From: Pirellulales bacterium
GTDB lineage: Bacteria; Planctomycetota; Planctomycetia; Pirellulales; JACPPG01
Length of the DNA: 64,000 nt
NCBI GenBank assembly: GCA_035546535.1
Contig: DASZWQ010000098.1
Span: 3,964 to 67,963 of the forward strand
Direction of reading: 5' to 3'
Below, piece by piece: positions 28,052 through 36,304 of the stretch. Both the position numbers and the translations under genes were made by a program. The notes under the pieces are model-generated. The model ran no database searches, had not been told where the DNA came from, and saw nothing but the letters and a program-made list of their open reading frames with translations. Numbering within the stretch: position 1 is the stretch's first letter; the number at the start of each line of letters is the position of its first letter.

Positions 28052-28100
28052 CCAACAAAACACTGCCGGAGCCGCGCAGGGCAGTTCGCACGGCTCCGGC
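28052..28100 (-). terminator. Terminator/attenuator-like hairpin in the leader of the cargo operon
   Basis: 10-bp GC stem GCCGGAGCCG (28065..28074) / CGGCTCCGGC (28091..28100). On the minus strand it is followed by AGTGTTTTGTTGG, just upstream of ATG 28041. Confidence 0.4.
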
Positions 28101-28159
28101 GAATGTGGGGAAGGGTGTGGGTTACACCCAACGGCAATAGTGTAACGGCAACTGATGGC

Positions 28160-28200
28160 CAATAAAATAACCGCCTGAGGGTCGCACCCCTCAGACGGTT
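28160..28200 (-). terminator. Rho-independent terminator separating the structural module from the cargo operon
   Basis: Stem AACCG-C-CTGAGGG (28169..28181) / CCCTCAG-A-CGGTT (28188..28200). On the minus strand it is followed by ATTTTATT. Confidence 0.6.
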
Positions 28201-28365
28201 TGACTCACGGCCCCTAGCCGCAAGCTACGCAGCGAGTCGTGGGTAGGATTCGGCCACCTCTGAGACATACACCTCGGAGCATGCTTTCGCGACGATCAGC
28301 CAACAGGCGTCACGGCGGGTTAGGGGAGGGGCGGGATACGCCCCGCGTCCGCTAATGTAACTGCG

Positions 28366-28605
28366 TTAGCTGGCATCGGCCAGCGGAAGCATCGGCAATA
28401 TGTCGGGATTCTCGGCGGTCGAATCCTCGCGCGTGACGCGAACAATCAGGCACACGTCTTCCGCGTCGATAAACTGAAGTGACTCGCCGTTGGACAAGGC
28501 AACTTGTACATCGGCATCGTCGGGGATTTCTACGTCGTGCCGGTCAAGCAATGCTACCAAGTCGTTTCCGTCGAAAATCAGGCTGTCGTTTCGGACTCGC
28601 ATCAT
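28366..28605 (-). CDS. Small, strongly acidic hypothetical protein (79 aa)
   Basis: GGAGG lies 7 nt upstream of ATG 28605 (MMRVRNDSLIFDGNDL..). By hand count, 13 Asp + 5 Glu versus 5 Arg and 0 Lys. Confidence 0.55.
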   Translation of the reverse strand: MMRVRNDSLIFDGNDLVALLDRHDVEIPDDADVQVALSNGESLQFIDAEDVCLIVRVTREDSTAENPDILPMLPLADAS

Positions 28606-28750
28606 GGGTGCAACCTCCAAAGTTGGGCAAAAATGTGGGCCACGCGGCCCCTCTGCTCAACGATGCGCTGTCCGTGGACAATGTGAAGTGCAGCCGGTTC
28701 TGCTAGTTTTGCTCGCGGCAACGAACGTGCCGGGAATGATGGCAAACGTA

Positions 28751-28784
28751 CGTCAAAGCTGGTGATAAAGCGTCAAAGCTGGTG
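28751..28784. promoter_or_regulatory. Two direct copies of CGTCAAAGCTGGTG spaced 20 nt apart (operator-like)
   Basis: 28751..28764 and 28771..28784 are identical, in the intergenic region ~150 nt upstream of the acidic-protein gene. On the minus strand each copy contains TTGACG. Confidence 0.4.
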
Positions 28785-28916
28785 TAAAACGCTCCATCGA
28801 TACGTATAGGCGGAAAATCGCATTCTTTAGCCGGCCGCGCGGCGCGCAACAAAATCGGCACAACCGATTAGCCGGTCGTGCCGAAAAGATTTTTATGCCG
28901 ATTCCGCGAGCCGTAC

Positions 28917-29261
28917 CTAAAGCAACGCTTGCGCGGCCATACTCGCGAATCGTCGCGCGGCGTCACGGTCCTGCGCTGCCATCTGCCGTCGCTGCTGCCA
29001 GTACGGGACGCCGCGCGGCCGGTGACAATCCACGATGACGAGTCCGGCCGGGATGCGTTTTTCGCGGCATGCGGCATTTAGGACGCCAAGCACGGATTCT
29101 GGCTTGGCGTCTTGGCCCGTCACGATGTAATCAATTGATTGCTCGCCCCGATGGCCGCTGGCTTGCGAAAACCGCCAGCGCTTGCCCAGCAGTTCCGTTG
29201 CCCAAGCCTCTAAGTCTTCGACGCGGACTCGCGTCACGCTCTCACGCACGAAATCAATCAC
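28917..29261 (-). CDS. Hypothetical protein (114 aa)
   Basis: GTG 29261 is preceded by GGGGAG. The upstream part of track ORF 28917..29363 overlaps the terminator and the preceding gene. Confidence 0.55.
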   Translation of the reverse strand: MIDFVRESVTRVRVEDLEAWATELLGKRWRFSQASGHRGEQSIDYIVTGQDAKPESVLGVLNAACREKRIPAGLVIVDCHRPRGVPYWQQRRQMAAQDRDAARRFASMAAQALL

Positions 29262-29275
29262 TGTTAAGACTCCCC

Positions 29276-29316
29276 AAAAAAGAACACCGTAGCCCGATTC
29301 GGTCAACGGGCTACGG
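29276..29316 (-). terminator. Rho-independent terminator overlapping the stop codon of 29303..29833
   Basis: 10-bp stem CCGTAGCCCG (29287..29296) / CGGGCTACGG (29307..29316). On the minus strand it is followed by TGTTCTTTTTT. Confidence 0.65.
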
Positions 29317-29833
29317 CATTCCAATCGATGTACATCTCGTAGCGGGCGTCCACTACGGAGCACTTGATCTTTTCAACTTTGTCGGCCTGGCCGAAGTTGA
29401 AGACGCGGACCGCGCTATTGTCCTTGCCCGACTTGGGCAAGAGACAACCAAGGAAGATTTGCGAATCGGGATCGTCGGGGTTGTAGTCGGTCAGTTCCTG
29501 GCCGTAGTTCCACACCGGGATCGGCGAATCCATCGCCTCGTTGAACAGGCCCTCGTAGGTGAGGATGTCGAGTCCGTTCTTGTTCGGTGTGTCGTAGCGG
29601 CTTAAGATCAACACGTTGGCGTCGATCAGGATTTGGTAGTAGTTCGCGCTACATTCCTTGGTAAACGGTCCCGTGATGCGAATCTCGACCCGATCGGTCG
29701 CTTGCTGGAAAGCTGTGGTGCGATCGTCGAGATGATCGACCAGGACGGCTAATCCGGCTTGCGTGGCGACGGTCTTCAGATGATGGGCGACCGATGAGAA
29801 GGTCCATCGTGCCCAGTTGGGATTGGCGGGCAT
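29303..29833 (-). CDS. Hypothetical structural-module protein (176 aa)
   Basis: TAATG 1-nt overlap with the upstream gene, and followed by its own terminator. No family recognised. Confidence 0.65.
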   Translation of the reverse strand: MPANPNWARWTFSSVAHHLKTVATQAGLAVLVDHLDDRTTAFQQATDRVEIRITGPFTKECSANYYQILIDANVLILSRYDTPNKNGLDILTYEGLFNEAMDSPIPVWNYGQELTDYNPDDPDSQIFLGCLLPKSGKDNSAVRVFNFGQADKVEKIKCSVVDARYEMYIDWNAVAR

Positions 29834-30102
29834 TAGTAGGCCGAGACTCGATAGAGTCCCTTTTCGAGCACCCCATCTTGGACCATCAGGCGCAAGAGTA
29901 GCTCAATGTTACCGGTAATCTGCCCCTCTCGAATTCGATCGACTTGCTGCGATAGCGCGGGATGAATCCAGTCCCCGGCCCAAAGCTCGATTGTGGGGCC
30001 GGCCAACGGTCGCACAGAGTACAGCACGTCGTAGCGCGTATACCCGAAATGCTGTGAGATACGCTGACTGAGTTCCCGGGACGTGATATCAAAAACGTTC
30101 AT
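29833..30102 (-). CDS. Hypothetical protein (89 aa)
   Basis: Starts 7 nt after the tape-measure stop, within a tightly packed operon. Confidence 0.6.
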   Translation of the reverse strand: MNVFDITSRELSQRISQHFGYTRYDVLYSVRPLAGPTIELWAGDWIHPALSQQVDRIREGQITGNIELLLRLMVQDGVLEKGLYRVSAY

Positions 30103-30109
30103 TATGTTC

Positions 30110-33100
30110 CTAGATCAGCGACGTGCCGCGCCGCGCTTCGCGGCGCAAGAGTTGTTGAATCTCGCGGGCCGTGGCCTGCGGATTTGCGGATTCAGTGATA
30201 TTGATTCCGCCGTTGAAGGTGACACTGCTCACCGGCCCACCTTCCGCCCGGTAAACGGGGCGATCAGCATTCATGGCGACCAGTTGCGAATAGAACTTTT
30301 GCGTACTCGCGGCGTTCATCACGAATTCGCCCGGTGAGAGCATGGCCGGAATGGTGTCCGTGCCACGCGCTTGACCGCCGGCAGAGAAGTAGCGGCCAAT
30401 GACGCCACCATAGGCTTCGTTTTCCGTCTCGGCCGCAACCTTGGCCGCCACACTGACGGTATACTGCTGCGAGTCCAAATAGCCCTGAATCTGGCTGCTC
30501 ATCCCGGACAGCGCTTGGCCTGACGCTTCCAGGTCGTTGATCCGCGTTCCTGTAACGGCTTGTTGCAAGCGCTGCTGAAGCTTGTCGAAGCTGAGCACCG
30601 TCGAAATATCAAAGTGACTACTAGGCGAAAATAAAACGCTGTTGAGGTGTGCCAAGTCTTCCTGGGCCGCAGCGCGATTCTTGGCGATTTGCGCTTCAGG
30701 CAGGCGGTTTCCCTGGCTATCAAATTCTCTCAAGTTATCCAGAAAATGCTTGCTCGTCTTGGCGATATCATCGACTCTCGCTTGTTCGGCCGCGGCAGCC
30801 GCGTTTGCCTGCAATGCGATTTGTGCTTTGAGGGCCGCTTGTGCGCGCGTAGCGTCCGTCTGACGACGCAAGACGCTTTCAATCTCGCGCTCTCCCTGTA
30901 GTTGCGCTGTGCGGTTGCCGGATGACTGGGCAGCCGTAGCCGCTTGCTGCGCGAACGCTTGGGCGCGCTGGAATTCCCGGCTAGCTAGCTCAATCTGCTG
31001 CGGCGTTTGAGCACGCGACAGCAGCCGCGATGCCTCCGAGGATAGACTGTCGGCGCGGTTGCGGTCACGCTGCGACTGTTGCAACTGGCTGAATCGCTTG
31101 TTGGCGTAATTGAAGCGCTGATCGCTTAACTGTTGGGCAAGATCGTTGGCGTGCTGTTGATCCTTGATTGAGTCTTGCGCCGAAGTCTGGGAGAGCCGTT
31201 TCAGGTCCTGGGCGTATCTCTGGCGCGCTTGAAGGATGCGCTCCAAGGTATCGTGATCGTCGCGGACTAAATCCGCGTTGGCTTGCTTTGCCTTTTCGGC
31301 AGCGCTCACGGATGTTTGCAGTGCTTCGGTACCAATGCCGGCCGGGTCGAATTTGACCGTAGCGGCTGTCTCGCGAATATCCTTAAGCTTCTTCAAGCCT
31401 TCGTCGTACTGGTTTAATTCCGGCTGAAAGGTCGCGCGCGTGACGAAATTTGATGCTTGAGTGTCATTGACTAACTTGGCATGCTCCGCGACCAAATCGT
31501 TAAAGTCTTTCTCAGTGATTTTCGCTTGATGCGATACGGCCGCATAGTGAGCAACAAACGCATCAAAGTCGGATCGCAATTGGTCAGCGAACGGCGCGCC
31601 GGATCGCGCGCCGCGGTTCGCATCGCTCTGGGTAACAATTTGCTCGGCTTCTGCACGGAGATTCGCCAGCCGTTGCGTCTGCACTTCAATCTCATTCGCG
31701 CCGCTCTCGTTCAATTTGTCGAGATTCTGTTTGTTCAAGGCTTCCAAGGCCTTTGATTGCGCGGATTGGTCGAGAAGATTGGCATTGATGAATTGGCCAA
31801 TCGAAACGCCAAGTCCTTTGGCGACCGGAACGGCCGCTAGTCCCGCCAGTGCAGTAGAAAAGCCGACACCGGCAAGCCGCGCTGCGCCTAACTGCGTCGT
31901 TATGAGTACAAGACTGGCACCAAGCCCTAAGAGAGCCGGGCCGGCAGCGTCGATGACAGACGTGGCATTCTCCACACCGCCAGCCCAACGGCTGAATTCG
32001 GCTGCGGCTTTGACGGCCGCACCGCCCACACCGTCCGTGAGTGCATTGCTCAGCTTGTTAAGATCGCTCTCGACGCGCTCTGCGTCCGTGGAAATGCGCC
32101 GTAAGTAGACGTTGGCGTGATCGGACGGGGTGAAATTGGAAATCTTTTGCAGATGCTCTTGGTACGTGTCAAAGCCTTGTTGTGCCTCGCCGAGTACGCC
32201 TTTGATGGCGCGTACATTCGTGAACAGTCTCGCGATGCTTTCGGCCGAGCCATCCGTTGTACCGATCAAGGCACGCAAACCGCCGACAAAGCCGAGTGCT
32301 TTGACGAGCGCTTGGGCGTTTTCAAAGCCCAACAAGTGCATTGCGTCGGCGGTCGCCTTTGTCGGCTTCAATAGGGCAGTAATTGCCGCGTTCTGTTGAG
32401 TCGCGGCCTCTTCCGGGCTGACACCACGTTGCGTCAACGTGCTGAAGCCAGCTAACACCTCTTCAGGCTTGATTCCGAGCAGATTCGCGCCGGGAGCAAC
32501 CTTAGGCAAATTCGCTGCCAGTTCAGAGCCGACGATCTTGCCTAGCTCGACGGTCTTGAAGAACTCCGCAGCGCGCTTCTCCGCATTGGGCGCGGATTCA
32601 CCAAACGCATTTAGCGCAGTGCTGAGCAAGTTGACCGTATCGACACCTCCGGCAACGGTCGTCTTCGCGAGCTTGAACGATGCTTCCAGGATTTGCAGTT
32701 GGTCGCTGGCGTTCGTAAAACCGTTTGACAGTACGTCGTATTTCGCCTTGGCCACGTCGAGTAGCGGTATGTTGTAGGCGTCACTGAGAGAGCGAACATC
32801 TTTGGCTAATGACTCGATGGACCGGTCGCCTGCGATCGTCTGGATATTCGAGACAGCTTTTTGAAAATCGAGCGATGAATGGAGAGTCTCGCTAATCTCA
32901 TTGCGGACCGTGGACATACCACGCACGATGGCTTGTGTGAATACCACACGGCTAAGCAGCCCGAGGCTTACCGTCAACTTATCGACATTCACGGTTGACG
33001 CGGCTGCACCCTGTCCCAAGTCCGTGCGCAGTGCATTGCCAACTTGCTTGGCTGCGGCGCTTGCATTCGAGCCAGCACTGTTGAAGAGGTTTATTGATCC

Positions 33101-33211
33101 TGCAACGGACGTGAATCGGGTTTGGAGATTCGTCAGCGACGAATCTAGCTGCTTACACGCTTCAAGCGCCTGCGAAACGTCAAAGCCAAGCTGTTGGTTT
33201 AGGTCGGCCAT
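30110..33211 (-). CDS. Phage tail tape-measure-like protein
   Basis: 1033 aa. The N-terminal third resembles the TP901-type TMP core (..AKYDVLSNGF..LEASFKLAKTTVAGGVDTVNLLSTALNAFG..GVSPEEAATQQNAAITALLKP..). There is a Gly/Ala-rich hydrophobic segment and a long Ala/Gln coiled coil, with C-terminal ..TDTIPAMLSPGEFVMNA.. Confidence 0.8.
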   Translation of the reverse strand: MADLNQQLGFDVSQALEACKQLDSSLTNLQTRFTSVAGSINLFNSAGSNASAAAKQVGNALRTDLGQGAAASTVNVDKLTVSLGLLSRVVFTQAIVRGMSTVRNEISETLHSSLDFQKAVSNIQTIAGDRSIESLAKDVRSLSDAYNIPLLDVAKAKYDVLSNGFTNASDQLQILEASFKLAKTTVAGGVDTVNLLSTALNAFGESAPNAEKRAAEFFKTVELGKIVGSELAANLPKVAPGANLLGIKPEEVLAGFSTLTQRGVSPEEAATQQNAAITALLKPTKATADAMHLLGFENAQALVKALGFVGGLRALIGTTDGSAESIARLFTNVRAIKGVLGEAQQGFDTYQEHLQKISNFTPSDHANVYLRRISTDAERVESDLNKLSNALTDGVGGAAVKAAAEFSRWAGGVENATSVIDAAGPALLGLGASLVLITTQLGAARLAGVGFSTALAGLAAVPVAKGLGVSIGQFINANLLDQSAQSKALEALNKQNLDKLNESGANEIEVQTQRLANLRAEAEQIVTQSDANRGARSGAPFADQLRSDFDAFVAHYAAVSHQAKITEKDFNDLVAEHAKLVNDTQASNFVTRATFQPELNQYDEGLKKLKDIRETAATVKFDPAGIGTEALQTSVSAAEKAKQANADLVRDDHDTLERILQARQRYAQDLKRLSQTSAQDSIKDQQHANDLAQQLSDQRFNYANKRFSQLQQSQRDRNRADSLSSEASRLLSRAQTPQQIELASREFQRAQAFAQQAATAAQSSGNRTAQLQGEREIESVLRRQTDATRAQAALKAQIALQANAAAAAEQARVDDIAKTSKHFLDNLREFDSQGNRLPEAQIAKNRAAAQEDLAHLNSVLFSPSSHFDISTVLSFDKLQQRLQQAVTGTRINDLEASGQALSGMSSQIQGYLDSQQYTVSVAAKVAAETENEAYGGVIGRYFSAGGQARGTDTIPAMLSPGEFVMNAASTQKFYSQLVAMNADRPVYRAEGGPVSSVTFNGGINITESANPQATAREIQQLLRREARRGTSLI

Positions 33212-33271
33212 TGGTCGGACTCTGTAAGTGCCGCCGGCACCGGGTCGCCCCGATGCCAGCGGTTCGGGAAG

Positions 33272-33934
33272 TTATTGGATGGCGGCGCGCTGCTGCTCGA
33301 TGGCCTGGGCCTTAGCGTCGATCGCTGCCGATTCGGCGAAGTATTCGGCTAGGCTAGCGTCCAGCGACTCGCGAGCCTGCTGGACCAGTACGTCCATTGC
33401 GGCGTAGTAGCGGTCCACGTCGTAGGTCGTGGTCAGGGCGGCTTGGTTGTTTCTGGCCTGCTGTTTGAATTCGTCGGGAAGCGCTTCGATCCAGGCGGCC
33501 GATTGCTTCAGGGCGGCTTGGTAGGCAGGCGATGCCTCCAGGGCTGCGATTCGCTCGCGTTCTACTTTCTCGGCCGCATTTTGTTCATCGCGAGATGCGG
33601 CTAAATCTTTGAAGCGTTTTCGTGCGCCCTTGCTCAAGGTGACGGACTCGCTGTCCAGGATTTGGCGGAAAGGATTTTCCGCCGCAAGCTTGGCTTGTTC
33701 CACTCGTCTGGCTTCGGCCGCATCGCGGTCTAACGCGCGCTTCGCGTCGATGCCGGCGATCCGGGCCTCAACTTGTTCGCGCGTGACCTGCGTCTGTGCT
33801 TCACGGCGTTGCTTGCCGCTCAATGCCGCTTCGTTTTGTTTTCGCAGGATATATGCCTGGGTGTCTTCGCCAGGCATGCGGCCTACCTTTTCCTGTAGGT
33901 TCGCTTCAATTTGTTCTCTGGTCAGTTGGGGCAT
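33272..33934 (-). CDS. Hypothetical coiled-coil protein (220 aa)
   Basis: Charged Ala/Glu/Gln/Arg-rich helical sequence directly upstream of the TMP gene. Confidence 0.6.
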   Translation of the reverse strand: MPQLTREQIEANLQEKVGRMPGEDTQAYILRKQNEAALSGKQRREAQTQVTREQVEARIAGIDAKRALDRDAAEARRVEQAKLAAENPFRQILDSESVTLSKGARKRFKDLAASRDEQNAAEKVERERIAALEASPAYQAALKQSAAWIEALPDEFKQQARNNQAALTTTYDVDRYYAAMDVLVQQARESLDASLAEYFAESAAIDAKAQAIEQQRAAIQ

Positions 33935-34051
33935 TGTTATCTTTCTCCGACTGGGGCTGTGTTTTGGGCGCGGCGGCGGCGGCCAATCTCTGGCCCTCCG
34001 CGTGCTTCTTTGAGAGTCTCGCTTGCTCTCGTAAAAATTGTCGGCGTGTGG

Positions 34052-34531
34052 TCATCGTCCACCCCGCAACCAATTGATCGCACGCTGGACGAACCGGAAT
34101 AGTCGGCGAACGACACCGGCACGGATTACGATAAGTGTCGTGGTGTGCTGCTCCCATCGGCCCAGCCACCGATCCGGGCGCTTCAGCAGCGGTGTACAAT
34201 ATCGAGTCTCATTGTGCGCGGGGTTAAATCGCTTAGACCTTGCGTCCGGCTGTACCGAATCGCCGCAAACAAGGAAATGCGTCGGCAACGGTTCGCGATT
34301 CTGGTGCGGATCGAACGGGCAAAGTTCTAGGCCCGGCACATAGGACTCCAGGAACCAAGCGCGATGAACTACGCCATCTACGACACCGACAGCGAGCAAC
34401 GTGCAGCCAGGTATCGAGTGTCGCGCGTGCTCAAAGAAGGATGGGCCGTACTCATAACCGCTGAAGTGCTCTGTCTCTCGAACGTAATTGAATTCGTTCG
34501 GATGAAGTCTCGCAAAAATGGTTTCCATCAA
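34052..34531 (-). CDS. Hypothetical protein (159 aa)
   Basis: ATGA overlap with the upstream gene. Confidence 0.5.
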   Translation of the reverse strand: MMETIFARLHPNEFNYVRETEHFSGYEYGPSFFEHARHSIPGCTLLAVGVVDGVVHRAWFLESYVPGLELCPFDPHQNREPLPTHFLVCGDSVQPDARSKRFNPAHNETRYCTPLLKRPDRWLGRWEQHTTTLIVIRAGVVRRLFRFVQRAINWLRGGR

Positions 34532-34842
34532 ACACCTATCCAGGCAACTTGCTGCCCATCATCTTCCGCCGCTACCCACACGAATGACGGATCGTCGATC
34601 GGCAAACTAATGGAAAAACCCGGCCGCAATGGCATGCCGTCGCTGATCGACACCGTAGAAAGTCCAACGTAGACATTCGTCGTGTTGTTGGGATTCGCGA
34701 CGATATCGACGCCCCGGAACAACTTGTTTGTGTTGTCGAGTGTTCGGCGGCCCGTCAATGGCACCGGCACTAGTCCGACAGTCGTACGGCCATAGACCAT
34801 GCCTCGCGTGTCAGAAACTTCGCGATCTAATTCGATACCCAC
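34528..34842 (-). CDS. Hypothetical protein (104 aa), beta-rich
   Basis: 1-nt overlap with the upstream gene. Sequence ..NTTNVYVGLSTVSISDGMPLRPGFSISLPIDDPSFVWVAAEDDG.. Confidence 0.6.
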   Translation of the reverse strand: MGIELDREVSDTRGMVYGRTTVGLVPVPLTGRRTLDNTNKLFRGVDIVANPNNTTNVYVGLSTVSISDGMPLRPGFSISLPIDDPSFVWVAAEDDGQQVAWIGV

Positions 34843-35084
34843 TAGAAACCTCGCTCGTCATACTGATCTGCGCGGTCCCACAAGTAAGCCACACTCGCCT
34901 TAGCCGCCGGAACAACACGACCGCCATAGAAGAATGCTGGCGAGAGATTCCGTAGGACCGTGCGATACGGATTCGATTCGCCGTATGCATCATCTGTCGG
35001 CAGCTTGAGCGCTTGCGCACACCGGCAGTACAGTTGAAGTTCGGGCAAGTCCGTGTCACGCTCGACGATTTGGTAAACGTTCAT
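34842..35084 (-). CDS. Hypothetical protein (80 aa)
   Basis: ATGA overlap with the upstream gene. Confidence 0.55.
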   Translation of the reverse strand: MNVYQIVERDTDLPELQLYCRCAQALKLPTDDAYGESNPYRTVLRNLSPAFFYGGRVVPAAKASVAYLWDRADQYDERGF

Positions 35085-35338
35085 CGCTGGCCCGCCGCGT
35101 ATCGAGCGCTGCGCGATTCGAGCAGTTGCAGGATTTCTCGCCGGAGCGGCGAGTCCACGATGACAGATTTGATTTTTTGCGCGGCATCCTCGTACGGATT
35201 CGATGCAACGAGCGCAGCGCTCGAATCGTAATGCTGTAGTAGCTGTAGGATGACGTGCAGGACCCCAGGACCGTCGAGCGCGGGAACGTGCGTCGGATCG
35301 AAAAGGTTGCTCGTGACGAGCGAATAGCTTGTGGACAT
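35081..35338 (-). CDS. Hypothetical protein (85 aa)
   Basis: First gene after the 400-nt structured gap, coupled to the downstream genes. Confidence 0.55.
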   Translation of the reverse strand: MSTSYSLVTSNLFDPTHVPALDGPGVLHVILQLLQHYDSSAALVASNPYEDAAQKIKSVIVDSPLRREILQLLESRSARYAAGQR

Positions 35339-35739
35339 TTGGTGCCTTTCGTGGGAAATGCGCGGCTAGGGTGAGAGCCTAGCCGCGCCCGATTTCGCGC
35401 GACCCCATGACCCAGACAAATCGCGCGAAGTAGAAGCGGCCGTGAGGGCGACAAGGAAAAACACCTCTCACGGCGCGAGCAGCGTAGCACCTTGATCGCG
35501 ACTACGCGCTCAGTTTTTGGGAAGCGCAAAGAAGAGCCAATATGAGATACACCTAGGACTTATCCGACGCACACTGGGGATGATTTCGCGACGATCGTGG
35601 CTCCGATCGTCGCAGGGGGACGGTAGCGAGCCGACCACGCCCAGGTGTACGGATTGTGGACCCCATAGATGGTCCGTGCGAATGGGGCATTCGCCCCTCT
35701 ATTATCTATGTCACGGGGAGGGCCACAAATTGCACAGAA

Positions 35740-36183
35740 TCAGGAAAAATATCGCTTTTTTATCGCATTCAGCCGCCGCGTCACGGTTGCCGGATCGATT
35801 CCTAGTTCAGCCGCGGCCTCCTTGCGGCTGTATCCCGCGGCCCGCAGTCGCACGATTTCGGCGTCTAGTGGGTCACACGATGCGAGTATGTCGTCTTCCA
35901 GTTCCGCCGCGGCGTCAGGATCGTAGATGGCTCGCTCGACTGCCCCTTGATCCGATTGCGGTTCGCGGGACTCGGCGCGGATATGCCTCTGCATAGCAGT
36001 ACAGATGATGCCGTACAGGGTTTTCTCATCGATGGGGCCAGCTTCGATGTAGGCAAGCTGGCCGACGCCCCTCAGTTCGTTGTACCAGCGGTCCGGTTGT
36101 AAACGCTTACGCTTTATTGTCGCTTTCGCGGCGCGCTCGACTACAGCCGGGAAATGTGTCTCCCATTCGTCCTTAAATTTCAT
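35740..36183 (-). CDS. Sigma-70 region-4-like HTH protein (possible element-encoded sigma/late regulator or small terminase-like DNA binder)
   Basis: C-terminal ..LDAEIVRLRAAGYSRKEAAAELGIDPATVTRRLNAIKKRYF looks like an ECF sigma region 4 / LuxR-type HTH. Confidence 0.5.
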   Translation of the reverse strand: MKFKDEWETHFPAVVERAAKATIKRKRLQPDRWYNELRGVGQLAYIEAGPIDEKTLYGIICTAMQRHIRAESREPQSDQGAVERAIYDPDAAAELEDDILASCDPLDAEIVRLRAAGYSRKEAAAELGIDPATVTRRLNAIKKRYFS

Positions 36184-36304
36184 GTTTTGCCGCGGCGGTC
36201 CATGTTAAAACGCCTACGAGCCCCATAGAAAAAAGCATGGTGCAATCACACCGGGGGTGTTGCCGGACGCTGCTATACGCAATCCTAGGGCGTTTGGGAC
36301 GGGA

